From NCBI GenBank assembly GCA_015523545.1, contig WAKB01000011.1, positions 29,732 through 53,731 on the forward strand: a DNA stretch of 24,000 bases, read 5' to 3'. Below the pieces are notes generated by a model that was not told the DNA's origin, did no database searches, and saw only the letters and a program-made list of their open reading frames with translations. Positions 7,632 to 18,444 of this stretch are shown piece after piece. This stretch comes from Candidatus Geothermarchaeota archaeon (GTDB lineage: Archaea > Thermoproteota > Nitrososphaeria > Geothermarchaeales > JDFR-13). Numbering within the stretch: position 1 is the first letter of the stretch; each line of letters begins with the position of its first letter. The translations under genes and the position numbers were made by a program.

Positions 7632-9407
7632 ATGGAAGCTGGGATCGACGACAAAGTGGTTGAGTACTATCTCAGGAAACTGACAAGATCGCCGGCTGTA
7701 TACTTGCTTGAACAGCCTACTGGTGCAGGCAAGTCCACACTAGCGAGTATACTGGCAATGAAGCTCTGGCACTTTGGTAGAATAAATAGCTTCATATTCG
7801 TAAGGACGCATACACTAGTCGAGGAATATTTCAATCGTATTCGTAATCTCGCTGCGTCCTACGAATATAGGGACGTGTTGGTAGCTCCCGTAATGGGTAA
7901 GGATTTTATGTGTTTATACGGGAGTCCAACGAACCCGGCGATAGCTTATTCAGTCTGTAGGGCTAGGGGAAACGGCTTTGATTGTCCTGATTATAGGGCT
8001 ACTGTAGCCGGTGATCCATTGAATACATATATTAAGGAGTACAGCAAGGGCAGAACCTTCGATGAGACCATTGAGAAGCTTATTGAGAATGGATTCTGTC
8101 CCTACTACTCGCTTAAATATGTTGCTAGAAACTCGCCAATCATTGTTGCTACCTATAACCATTTAACGGACAGATACCTCTTTACAGCCACCGCTCCCAT
8201 GAGATATGTGATTTTCATAGATGAAGCCCACAACTTGATGGATCTACTAATCGATTCGAGAACCAAGGTTTTCAACATTAGGAGTCTACGCCTGCTACAA
8301 ACAAAGTTTGAGAATGTCGGGTGGAAGGAGGAAGAGAGGACGGTCTCCATTCTAATGGATATGCTGAGACGGAATGGAGCAGGGGATAAGGAGAAGATTT
8401 ATCAGACTCTCATGTTTCTAAGCGAACTTTTGAACAGGCGATTCGCTAAGGGGATGCTGGAAGAGAATATACTGGTTTTCGAGTCTCTTCTCAAGGAGGA
8501 GTTTGACGAATATATGGATGTCCTGCAGGATATAATTCACCTGCCAAAGAAGTTTGAGGGCGAGCTGAAAATCCTACGGGATAAACTGATTCTACAGTTC
8601 CCGAGTCGCCACGGCTTTCTATCCAAATTGGTAAATTCCTCGTTATCAACAATGCTTATGTCGGCAACTCTAAGTCCAACTGATCTCTATGTTGACTTGC
8701 TCGGCAAGCTTGGGGTGGAGAAGCCTGTCATAAAGGTGTCTAAGCCCTATCTCTTCGATCCTCTCGATAAGTGTAACATATCTGTTAAGCTACTCAGATC
8801 CTTCACGAGCAGGTATGTTGAACGTTCACCTGAACAGATTAGTAGGATCGTGGACTTTATCATCGAGCTTAGGAGGAAAACATTGGGTGACATATACGTG
8901 TTCCTGCCCTCAAAAGACTTGTCTAGACAAGTTTATGATGAGTATCTCTCTTACGTGCTTGGGACAGATAGCTTTTCACCAGCATTTCTAATCGACATCA
9001 TGGATGAGAAGGAGATAGAAAACATGATCAGGATCCGCAAGAAGGTTGTGTTCATGACTCATAGAGGCCGGTATTCAGAAGGTGTTAACCTGTTTAGATC
9101 GGTGGGGGGCGAGGTATCCATAGTAATCTATGGCCTCTCCATACTGCCCATGGATGATCTATATGATGTTAGGCTGTCGACGATTCTATCCTCAAGGTTG
9201 AGGAGAAAACTATTTTTATACGGCTACATAGTACCGGCTATCAATTATATAATCCAGGTGATCGGGAGATTTGTAAGGCCACGAAGGAGTATCAACATTT
9301 ATTTGCTTGAACGTAGGGCGCTTAAGTATTTCAGAGAAGAGAATTTGATTCCTGAATGGTTCAGGAATAAGATAGTGTTTCCTAGAGACAAGGGTGGTGC
9401 TGATTGA
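7632..9407 (+). CDS. xpd: Rad3/XPD-type SF2 DNA helicase with Fe-S domain
   Basis: Walker A EQPTGAGKST, DEAHNL, Cys cluster (FMCLYG...YSVCRARGNGFDCP...NGFCPYYS), MTHRGRYSEGVNL, QVIGRFVRPRRS. Confidence 0.9.
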   Translation: MEAGIDDKVVEYYLRKLTRSPAVYLLEQPTGAGKSTLASILAMKLWHFGRINSFIFVRTHTLVEEYFNRIRNLAASYEYRDVLVAPVMGKDFMCLYGSPTNPAIAYSVCRARGNGFDCPDYRATVAGDPLNTYIKEYSKGRTFDETIEKLIENGFCPYYSLKYVARNSPIIVATYNHLTDRYLFTATAPMRYVIFIDEAHNLMDLLIDSRTKVFNIRSLRLLQTKFENVGWKEEERTVSILMDMLRRNGAGDKEKIYQTLMFLSELLNRRFAKGMLEENILVFESLLKEEFDEYMDVLQDIIHLPKKFEGELKILRDKLILQFPSRHGFLSKLVNSSLSTMLMSATLSPTDLYVDLLGKLGVEKPVIKVSKPYLFDPLDKCNISVKLLRSFTSRYVERSPEQISRIVDFIIELRRKTLGDIYVFLPSKDLSRQVYDEYLSYVLGTDSFSPAFLIDIMDEKEIENMIRIRKKVVFMTHRGRYSEGVNLFRSVGGEVSIVIYGLSILPMDDLYDVRLSTILSSRLRRKLFLYGYIVPAINYIIQVIGRFVRPRRSINIYLLERRALKYFREENLIPEWFRNKIVFPRDKGGAD

Positions 9408-9904
9408 GGATCCTAGTCCATGGGGATCTACTTCCCCCACGTAGAGAGCTGGATGCATTGGCAAGGCTAATAAGAGAGGTTGGCATGGGGATTTCCGATA
9501 TCTATATCGTGGATGTACTGAATGTCATCAATCCCGAGACGGCTATAGATCTATCTACAATGCTCGATCCCAGAACAAATCTCAGGATATTCAAGCCATT
9601 CTCCATTGATAGCGTATTAATCGACTCGTTTAGCTGGTCGGAGAGCGGGTTGAAGCTGATTTATAACATTCCCTGCTCCGAGCTTTTTTCTTTGACTAGC
9701 AGGAGCTGCCCCTTCACTCTTCTCCTCCTCCTGAATAACGTGTGGAGTAGCCAGGGAGTTGTTTTCTGGCTCTATGAGCGGCTGGACCCCTCGCTTATTG
9801 ATCTAATGTCCAACTTCTTCGACAAGATATACGTGAAGCTATCCACCCCGGCAGGGATGAAACTAAGGGAAGATCTATCTGATGGCGAAGGTTATGAACC
9901 ATGA
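9404..9904 (+). CDS. Hypothetical protein overlapping the xpd stop codon
   Basis: 166-aa ORF with TTG start at 9404 overlapping the TGA at 9405-9407; no family recognised. Confidence 0.65.
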   Translation: MRILVHGDLLPPRRELDALARLIREVGMGISDIYIVDVLNVINPETAIDLSTMLDPRTNLRIFKPFSIDSVLIDSFSWSESGLKLIYNIPCSELFSLTSRSCPFTLLLLLNNVWSSQGVVFWLYERLDPSLIDLMSNFFDKIYVKLSTPAGMKLREDLSDGEGYEP

Positions 9905-10288
9905 AGAGAACATCATCAACATCATTACAAGCACTACGCCAATATAGAACAGCGTTCTATCCCTAGAGTTCTTCTCGATGGTCGTTAAAATCATGTACAT
10001 AGCCACTAGGTAGACCAGATTAACCACGGTGAATAACGTTGTGTTTGGGAAGTTCCTAGGATTGATATTCATTATACCGGTTAAAAGGAGTGCAAATATC
10101 CCTGAGATAGCGATTTTCACGAAGTTTCCTATCCTACCTCTACTTAATATACCCTTCCTAGCAGTCCTCTCCACCCTATACTTCAGGATCTTCTCCACTG
10201 ACTCGTAGATCCCCATACCAAGACTATTAGGATCTAGACACGTTATAAAACCTTGGACACCCAATTTATAATTCGCTATGCCCTTCAT
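9875..10288 (-). CDS. Small membrane protein, unknown function
   Basis: Three hydrophobic segments (FVKIAISGIFALLLTGIM, TLFTVVNLVYLVAMYMILTT, TLFYIGVVLVMMLMMFSSWFI). Start trimmed from 10417 because of the opposing zinc-ribbon CDS; could be 10216. Confidence 0.6.
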   Translation of the reverse strand: MKGIANYKLGVQGFITCLDPNSLGMGIYESVEKILKYRVERTARKGILSRGRIGNFVKIAISGIFALLLTGIMNINPRNFPNTTLFTVVNLVYLVAMYMILTTIEKNSRDRTLFYIGVVLVMMLMMFSSWFITFAIR

Positions 10289-10463
10289 CGTGAAGTGTTC
10301 TAACTGTGGAGAGGTGTATTTCCTAGACTCAGATCCCCAACCCATCCCCAAGCTAGTTAGAACATTAGAGAGCTGCATGGTTTGTGGACGTATCTTTGAT
10401 CCCCAGGATTTTAGCATCGTCGTATCCCCAGTCGATATAGGAGAGGAAGGGGATGTAACGTGA
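10278..10463 (+). CDS. Small zinc-ribbon-like protein
   Basis: 61 aa with CSNCG...CMVCG pairs; overlaps gcvT start by 4 nt. Confidence 0.75.
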   Translation: MPFIVKCSNCGEVYFLDSDPQPIPKLVRTLESCMVCGRIFDPQDFSIVVSPVDIGEEGDVT

Positions 10464-11584
10464 GAAGATCCCCCCTAGATCCTCTGCATAGGGAGTTATC
10501 CGCAACCTTTACAAGCTTCTCAGGATATGTCCTCCCACTATACTACTCATCTATAGTTAAGGAGCACCTGACGGTTAGAGACAGGGTAGGTATATTTGAT
10601 GTTTCCCACATGGGTAGGATCCGGGTCAGCGGGGAATCTGCTACAGAGTTCCTTAACTATGTTACCGCAAATGATGTGGAGAAGCTGTATGACGGGAGGA
10701 TGCAGTACTCCCTGGTCCTCAATGAGTCTGGGGGGATAAAGGACGACATAACCGTATATAGATTGGCTAACAATGACTACATCCTGGTCGTTAACGCCGC
10801 AAACCGTGAGAAGATCCTGAATTGGCTCAGCCTAAAGAAGGATCCATGGGGAGATATATCCATAAGAGACGTTACTGATGATTCGTCTATGTTTGCTATC
10901 CAGGGTCCCTATTCTAAGATGGTCTATGAAGAGTATTTCTCAGAGAGCTTCAACCTTAAGAGGTTTCACTTCTGGAAGGGAACGGATCCAGGGACGGGTC
11001 AGGCGCAGATCATAGTCTCTAGATCGGGATATACAGGTGAAGATGGTTTTGAGATGATCATGTTTACCAAGGACAAGATGTTGATGATGAGGAGTTTCAA
11101 GACGCTATTGTCTATAATCAATTCTTACGAAGGTCTCCCATGTGGCCTTGGAGCCAGAGACTCCTTGAGGCTAGAGGCCGGATATTGCTTGTATGGTAAC
11201 GACATAGACGAGAATACTAATCCATATGAAGCGTCGTTGGGATGGGTTGTCAAGATGTATAAGACTGACTTCATAGGGAAGAAGGCATTGGAGAATTTAG
11301 GGAAGCCTGAGCGAATAAGAACCGGACTCGTTATGGAGGATAGAAGCATTCCTCGTAGAGGAAATACGCTGCATGTTGATGGAGACGTAGTAGGTATAGT
11401 GACTAGTGGTGGATACTCACCAATTCTCCTAAAGGGAGTAGGGATGGTCTATGTAAGTACCAAGTACTCGTCTGAAGAGACTGAGGTCTATGTCTCTGTG
11501 CGAGGCCGAGCCAAAAAAGGTGTTATAAAGGCCTTTCCATTGTATGATCCGGAGAGATACGGCTTTACTAGGAAGTCTCTATAG
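10460..11584 (+). CDS. gcvT: Aminomethyltransferase (glycine cleavage T protein)
   Basis: GIFDVSHMGRIRVSG, YSLVLNESGGIKDD, SRSGYTGEDGFE, GLGARDSLRLEAG. Confidence 0.96.
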   Translation: MRRSPLDPLHRELSATFTSFSGYVLPLYYSSIVKEHLTVRDRVGIFDVSHMGRIRVSGESATEFLNYVTANDVEKLYDGRMQYSLVLNESGGIKDDITVYRLANNDYILVVNAANREKILNWLSLKKDPWGDISIRDVTDDSSMFAIQGPYSKMVYEEYFSESFNLKRFHFWKGTDPGTGQAQIIVSRSGYTGEDGFEMIMFTKDKMLMMRSFKTLLSIINSYEGLPCGLGARDSLRLEAGYCLYGNDIDENTNPYEASLGWVVKMYKTDFIGKKALENLGKPERIRTGLVMEDRSIPRRGNTLHVDGDVVGIVTSGGYSPILLKGVGMVYVSTKYSSEETEVYVSVRGRAKKGVIKAFPLYDPERYGFTRKSL

Positions 11585-11622
11585 ACTTCTTCAATACTAT
11601 TAGCGTCTTATACACTATTATT

Positions 11623-12015
11623 ATGAGCAGCTATAAAGTTCCCCAAAACCTCCTGTACACCGAGACCCATGAATGGGTAGAGACTATAAATGGGGAGATT
11701 AGGGTGGGTATAACGGATTATGCCCAGAGCAAGCTTGGTGACGTTGTATACGTCGAGCTCCCACCCACTGGGAAGAGGTTTAACAAGGGTGAGAAGGTTT
11801 GTGAAATAGAGTCTGTAAAGACTGTTGCAGAGATATATGCGCCAGTAACTGGGGTTATAACAGAGGTTAATGAGAAGTTGTCTGATGCTCCGGAGTTGGT
11901 CAATGAGGATCCCTACGGAGAGGGATGGATATTCAAGATGTCGGTGGAAGACCCCTCTCAACTGAACACCCTTCTGCCTCCTGAGAAGTATGTAGAGCTG
12001 CAAGAGGAGGAGTAG
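11623..12015 (+). CDS. gcvH: Glycine cleavage system H protein
   Basis: YTETHEWVE, VGITDYAQSKLGDVVYVELP, lipoylation context IESVKTVAEIYAPVTG. Confidence 0.97.
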   Translation: MSSYKVPQNLLYTETHEWVETINGEIRVGITDYAQSKLGDVVYVELPPTGKRFNKGEKVCEIESVKTVAEIYAPVTGVITEVNEKLSDAPELVNEDPYGEGWIFKMSVEDPSQLNTLLPPEKYVELQEEE

Positions 12016-12018
12016 GGA

Positions 12019-13425
<1,407 letters not shown>

Positions 13426-13502
13426 TCAGAAATTATTATTGGACAAGCCTCTGTTTTTAAGTTATCCTCTCAAATTAACGATATTTTAAACGGGGTGTAA
13501 GG

Positions 13503-13691
13503 ATGCCTGAATGCCCTAACTGTGGCGGAGAGATGAAATTCGATAGGAAGGTAAGAATGTATGTATGTAGAAACTGTGGGTTAATGATGACTAGGAGGGA
13601 TCTCGACCTCCTACGTGACAAGAGGTTTGAAGAGGAGAAGGATCTTGTTGAGGAGTATCTAGAGTGGTGGAGCACTAGGAAGAAGAGATGA
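13503..13691 (+). CDS. Small zinc-ribbon protein
   Basis: MPECPNCGGEMKFDRKVRMYVCRNCG; 4-nt overlap with the next gene. Confidence 0.85.
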   Translation: MPECPNCGGEMKFDRKVRMYVCRNCGLMMTRRDLDLLRDKRFEEEKDLVEEYLEWWSTRKKR

Positions 13692-14455
13692 GTAAAGCGG
13701 TTGTCATAGTAGGCGTAGCTGGTTCCGGGAAGACGTGGACTGCCTACACGCTTTACGAATGGTTTAGAAACGAGGATCAAGACGCCTACATCCTTAATCT
13801 GGACCCTGGTGTTGATAAGCTGCCCTACCAACCCACCTTCGACATAAGGGAATACGTAGATCTTTGGAGGGTTATGGATGAGTATGGCCTGGGCCCCAAT
13901 GGAGGCCTCATAGTCTCCATGGATTTGATGGTGAACTATATTGAGAAGATTAATAGTGTCCTACGATCCCTCGGAACTGGGCTAGCCATAATAGATACGC
14001 CAGGCCAGCTAGAGATCTTCCTCTACAGACCCTCGGGAAAAGTCCTCCTAGACTCTCTTGATGTGGAGGATATTCTCCTTCTCTACGTTGTAGACGGGGT
14101 TTTTGTGAGGGAGACGAGGAATCTAGTGGCAAGTATGTTGCTAGGCGGGACTCTTAGGCTTAGGTTTGACAAGCCTCTACTAGCCGCTATCAATAAGATC
14201 GACCTCCTGAGTGACGATGAAGTCGAGAGGCTGATGAAGCTGGTTACTAAGCCACAATATCTAAAGGAGGAGGCTGATAAGAGCCTCGGTAGTTTCGAGG
14301 CAGACTTTATATACAGGCTAACAGTCTTGATGAGGCGTTATGGGGTCTATACAGACTTCATACCCATCTCATCCCTCTACATGACTAACTATGACAAGTT
14401 GATAGCCTCGATAACCAGGGTTCTCTATGGAGGTGAGGAGTACTATACTGTTTGA
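13688..14455 (+). CDS. GPN-loop GTPase
   Basis: Walker A GVAGSGKT, GPN motif YGLGPNGGLIVSMDLM, IIDTPGQLE, NKIDLL. Confidence 0.94.
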   Translation: MSKAVVIVGVAGSGKTWTAYTLYEWFRNEDQDAYILNLDPGVDKLPYQPTFDIREYVDLWRVMDEYGLGPNGGLIVSMDLMVNYIEKINSVLRSLGTGLAIIDTPGQLEIFLYRPSGKVLLDSLDVEDILLLYVVDGVFVRETRNLVASMLLGGTLRLRFDKPLLAAINKIDLLSDDEVERLMKLVTKPQYLKEEADKSLGSFEADFIYRLTVLMRRYGVYTDFIPISSLYMTNYDKLIASITRVLYGGEEYYTV

Positions 14456-14535
14456 ATACCCAGATTTAAATATACACTATGACAACACTTTAGATGACAT
14501 TTATCAACAGTGAAGCGTCCCGAAGCGGTGAAACG

Positions 14536-15417
14536 ATGTCGGAGGAGGCTGTCAACGTCCAGGAAGTGCTTAAAGAGCTTGAGGAGATCTATCAGAAGCT
14601 TGAGCCCATAGAATCCGAGTTTAGGAGGCTTAGAGACAGGCTTAAGCAGCTTCGATCAGAGAGGAGACGTATAATAGAGGAGCTTAACGCTAAGATCGAC
14701 GAAATAGTCAGCAATGTAAACAAGCAGAAGGAGTTGAGACAGGAATATCGGATGCTGAGGGAGGAGTTCAGGCTGGTTAGGGAGGAGAGGAGGAAGCTTA
14801 TTAACAGGCTGAGGGAGCTGAGAAGCATCCTTAGGAACCGGCCTAGACTGCCCAAGCCTCCTGAGAAGCTGCGGCAAGAGCTTGAGAGGCTTGAGGAGCT
14901 ATATGAGACTAGTAATCTCAGCATCCGTAGGGAGCGTAGGTTGGTTGAACAGATAAAGGAGTTGTCAGCCTATCTCAAGGCATACGAGGACTATGTAAAT
15001 GCGAAGACAGAGATCGATGAAGTTAGGAGGAAGATTGACGAGTATGACCTAGACAAGTATAGGGCCCAGCTTGATGAGCTGAGGCAGAAGCTGGACAAGC
15101 TCAAGGAGGAAGAGACTATATTGAAGGAGCAGGCTAGTAAGCTGCAGAAGTCCAAACAGGAGGTCGAGGCGGAGATCGCTGAGCTATCAAAGCAGCTGGA
15201 CAAGATCTCCAGTGAGATGAAGTATCTCCAGGAGAGGAAGAGAGAGCTGCTGGCCAGGTTCGGGATAAGGAAGTATCATGGTCTTAGTTATGAACAGGTT
15301 AAGAAGATTGTGCTGAGCAGATCCGAGCTACTTGAACGTGCTATGAAGAAGCTGGAGCGTGGTGAGCGCCTAAGCTTTGAGGAGTTCTCCGTCTTGGTTG
15401 AGAATGGACTGATATAG
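14536..15417 (+). CDS. Long coiled-coil protein (COG1340-like)
   Basis: Nearly all Glu/Lys/Arg/Leu heptad sequence; C-terminal ARFGIRKYHGLSYEQVKKIVLSR...GERLSFEEFSVLVENGLI. Upstream ATG at 14494 also possible. Confidence 0.8.
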   Translation: MSEEAVNVQEVLKELEEIYQKLEPIESEFRRLRDRLKQLRSERRRIIEELNAKIDEIVSNVNKQKELRQEYRMLREEFRLVREERRKLINRLRELRSILRNRPRLPKPPEKLRQELERLEELYETSNLSIRRERRLVEQIKELSAYLKAYEDYVNAKTEIDEVRRKIDEYDLDKYRAQLDELRQKLDKLKEEETILKEQASKLQKSKQEVEAEIAELSKQLDKISSEMKYLQERKRELLARFGIRKYHGLSYEQVKKIVLSRSELLERAMKKLERGERLSFEEFSVLVENGLI

Positions 15418-15474
15418 CGTAGTAACTAGCCCATCATATACTACCTACCTCTATAGAAAAAATTTCTGAGGGAT

Positions 15475-16578
15475 ATGGGTGAGGAGAATAAGAAGATCCT
15501 CGTTCTAAATGTTGATAGAGACAATGATATAGGTGTCAAGGCTGGTGTAAAAACACCTATAGTAGGATATGAAGCTGTTCTCGACGCTGCCACTAAACTC
15601 CTCCTTGTAGATCCTGAGGAGGCGGATGGAAACGCTATGTTTGGTGCCTTGAAGGTGTATAATCAACTTAGGGAGAAGTATCCAGAGATAGAGGTGGCCG
15701 TGATAGCGGGGAGTGAGAAGGGCGGCGTGGAGGCTGATCTTAAGATTAATGAGGAGCTAGACACTGTCCTAGAAAGATTCCCAGCAGATTATGTAATACT
15801 AGTTACCGATGGGTTCTCGGAGGAGGAGATTGTAAGTATAGTCTCGTCAAGAAGGCCTATAGCGTCTCTCCACAGAGTGGTTGTTAAGCATAGCAAGTCG
15901 ATAGAAGAGACATACGCGGTGATCGGTAGGTATATAAAGATGCTCTGGACCGAGTCTCCATATAAGCAGTACTTCATAGGGATCCCTGGCATACTGATGC
16001 TGCTATTCGGGATACTATCATGGCTCAAACTGACGGAGGTTGCAATGGTATATAGCTTGATCATAGTCGGTATTGCCTTGATAGTTAAGGGGATGGGTAT
16101 TGACGAATATATAGCTTCTCTGAGGCATGCTCACTTCTATGAATATGTAAAACTGGTCACCTATCTAGGCTCGTTCTCCGCATTACTTTCTGGGATATAT
16201 CTGGCATATACCAATATCAGCAAGTTGGAGGAGTTCCAGCTGGTTCTGAATAACCCGAGTATGATCTTCGAGGTCGGTGGATCTTTGATAGGCCATATGC
16301 TGCCATACATCTCCTTCACCATACTTACGGTTGGGCTCTTCCTGATACTGGGCTTCTCACTCTATAATGTGCTCACTGAGAACTACTCCCCGCTATATAA
16401 ATATCCGGTGGCCTTCGTGTCGATCATAGTATTCTACTTCCTAGGCAACGAGGTGGGCCAGATCCTTATATCTCCGGAGAAGGGGTTGTCAGGCCTCTTC
16501 CTATCAGTAATGTTTGGATTCCTAGCAATATTCATTACAAGTGCTGTGATGTATGCTCTATCAAGGATGAGGCGGTAG
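15475..16578 (+). CDS. DUF373 family membrane protein
   Basis: KILVLNVDRDNDIGVKAGVKTPIVG N-terminus and C-terminal multi-TM region. Confidence 0.9.
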   Translation: MGEENKKILVLNVDRDNDIGVKAGVKTPIVGYEAVLDAATKLLLVDPEEADGNAMFGALKVYNQLREKYPEIEVAVIAGSEKGGVEADLKINEELDTVLERFPADYVILVTDGFSEEEIVSIVSSRRPIASLHRVVVKHSKSIEETYAVIGRYIKMLWTESPYKQYFIGIPGILMLLFGILSWLKLTEVAMVYSLIIVGIALIVKGMGIDEYIASLRHAHFYEYVKLVTYLGSFSALLSGIYLAYTNISKLEEFQLVLNNPSMIFEVGGSLIGHMLPYISFTILTVGLFLILGFSLYNVLTENYSPLYKYPVAFVSIIVFYFLGNEVGQILISPEKGLSGLFLSVMFGFLAIFITSAVMYALSRMRR

Positions 16579-16580
16579 AA

Positions 16581-17384
16581 TTGCCCAGCATCTATAGAGC
16601 CATGCGTCCACTGCTGGAGAAGATGGGTGTATACAAGATCTACGAGAAGATGCTTGAGAAGCATGTTAGACAGGGGGGTATGATGCCCAGGCATGTAGGT
16701 ATAATACTCGATGGAAACCGTAGGTGGGCAAGGCAATACGGCCTCACCTATGAGAAGGCGTATAGAATAGGTGCTAAGAAGGTAGAGGATGTAATTAGGT
16801 GGTGCCGTGAACTGGGTATTAAACACCTAACCATATTTGTTCTCTCCACCGAGAACTATGAAAATAGGAGTTACGAGGAGCTCTCCACAATAATGAATCT
16901 TTTAAGGGAGTATTTGGAGAAGCTTCTCAAACATCCTCCTGAAGAGGGTGTTAGGATAAAGTTCATAGGTGACATATCTAGGTTGGACAAGGATCTGATA
17001 AGCCTTATCAACAGTGTTGAAAATAGGTTCTCAAATAGTGATGGTTTGTCACTAAACGTGGCGCTGGTATATGGGGGTAAATGGGATATTGTTAATGCTG
17101 CTAGAAGACTAGCATATGAAGTTCGTGAGGGAAGGATCAGGCCTGAGGACATAACTCAGGAGGTTTTCCAGAACTATTTGTCGACGAGCTATCTGAAGGA
17201 CTCCCAGGATCTGGACCTTGTCCTACGTACTGGTGGTGAGATGAGGATAAGTAACTTTCTGCTTTGGCAAATGGCGTATAGTGAGCTTGTTTTCATAGAT
17301 GTATCCTGGCCTGAGTTCCGCAAGATCGACTTCCTGAGGGCTATACGTACTTATCAGACCCGGTCTAGACGGTTTGGGGCCTAG
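16581..17384 (+). CDS. uppS: cis-prenyltransferase (undecaprenyl diphosphate synthase family)
   Basis: HVGIILDGNRRWARQYG, LTIFVLSTENY, DLVLRTGGEMRISNFLLWQMAYSELVFID. Confidence 0.95.
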   Translation: MPSIYRAMRPLLEKMGVYKIYEKMLEKHVRQGGMMPRHVGIILDGNRRWARQYGLTYEKAYRIGAKKVEDVIRWCRELGIKHLTIFVLSTENYENRSYEELSTIMNLLREYLEKLLKHPPEEGVRIKFIGDISRLDKDLISLINSVENRFSNSDGLSLNVALVYGGKWDIVNAARRLAYEVREGRIRPEDITQEVFQNYLSTSYLKDSQDLDLVLRTGGEMRISNFLLWQMAYSELVFIDVSWPEFRKIDFLRAIRTYQTRSRRFGA

Positions 17385-18385
17385 CCCACGACTCTCCATA
17401 CATCGTCCTTCTCAATATTTAGCGTATCTATCTCCTTACCATCGATAAGTAGGGCTGGACCCTTAGTCTCCAGTATCTCTCCGATTATTCTTCCACCTAG
17501 GTCCTCGGCCTTCTCCTCGTCTATATCCCTAGCCACAGCGATTAGTGATCCGGACGAGAGGAGCTTGTAGGGGTTTAGGCTAAACTGTTGGGCAATCTTG
17601 ATTATCGCTGGGTGTGTGGATAGGCTCTCGCTATATATGTTGACTGAATAACCTGTGGACAAGGATATTTCATATGAGCCGTTTAGAATACCTCCCTCGG
17701 TCGGGTCATGCATGTATACAATTGTTGAGCCTATGTATCTCCGTAAGCGTCTAACGATATCAACGACCGAGATCTTCTCAGGAGTTCTCGCTATATACTT
17801 CTCCTCATCACTTTCTAGGATCTTCTTCACCTCGGGCTTTTCGAGGTATATTATATATGCGCCCTCAAGACCCGGGTCTCCAAAGAGGATGAGCTTGTCA
17901 CCCGGCCTAGCGTCTCGAGGGTTCAATATGGTATCGCCGATGCCTATAGACGTGCCTATTGCCAGCGGGCTTTGGATACCTGGTGTCCACTCCGTATGTC
18001 CCCCTATCAGGGAGGATCCAACACGTTTTAGCGCCTTATCAACACCCACCATTATCCTGTTGAGATCCTCATTCGATGTTTCATGGGGTAGTATAAGGGT
18101 TAGTAGGAACCATCTGGGTTCGAGGCCAGTAACGAAGACGTCATTGGTTGTTACGTATACACACCACTCTCCAACCATGTTTGAGGTGGCTGTTATTGGG
18201 TCGATAGAGGCTGCTAAGAACCTTGTCCCCAGCTTCACTACTCCAGCGTCGATCCCTGGATGAGGGCCTAATACAAGGTTCCCGGTATCGTATCCGGTGT
18301 GTGGCTTGATATACCGCTCTATCTCATCGCTGGATATCTTTCCATACTTCATTACCGATACACTCCCTGAGAAGAGGTTATTCAA
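17381..18385 (-). CDS. AIR synthase-related (HypE/ThiL superfamily) protein
   Basis: GPHPGIDAGVVKLGTRFLAASIDPIT, SSLIGGHTEWTPG, GDKLILFGDPGLEGAYIIYLE, MHDPTEGGILNGSYE. Confidence 0.85.
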   Translation of the reverse strand: MNNLFSGSVSVMKYGKISSDEIERYIKPHTGYDTGNLVLGPHPGIDAGVVKLGTRFLAASIDPITATSNMVGEWCVYVTTNDVFVTGLEPRWFLLTLILPHETSNEDLNRIMVGVDKALKRVGSSLIGGHTEWTPGIQSPLAIGTSIGIGDTILNPRDARPGDKLILFGDPGLEGAYIIYLEKPEVKKILESDEEKYIARTPEKISVVDIVRRLRRYIGSTIVYMHDPTEGGILNGSYEISLSTGYSVNIYSESLSTHPAIIKIAQQFSLNPYKLLSSGSLIAVARDIDEEKAEDLGGRIIGEILETKGPALLIDGKEIDTLNIEKDDVWRVVG

Positions 18386-18444
18386 GATTCATATGGCTAT
18401 CCTAAGTATCAATAGGTTGACTGGTATATCAGTGGTGTAGGGCC

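Noticed and set aside
11608-12003. 131-aa minus-strand ORF
   Set aside because: Shadow ORF of gcvH.
14592-15203. Several Ser/Leu-rich minus-strand ORFs
   Set aside because: Antisense of a Glu/Arg/Leu-rich coiled-coil gene always yields Ser/Leu-rich shadow ORFs.
16434-16826. 130-aa minus-strand ORF
   Set aside because: Antisense to DUF373/uppS coding sequence with no recognisable motifs.
17655-18263. 202-aa plus-strand ORF
   Set aside because: Fully antisense to the AIR synthase-like gene, whose protein has clear family motifs; low-complexity Ser/Pro-rich shadow ORF.
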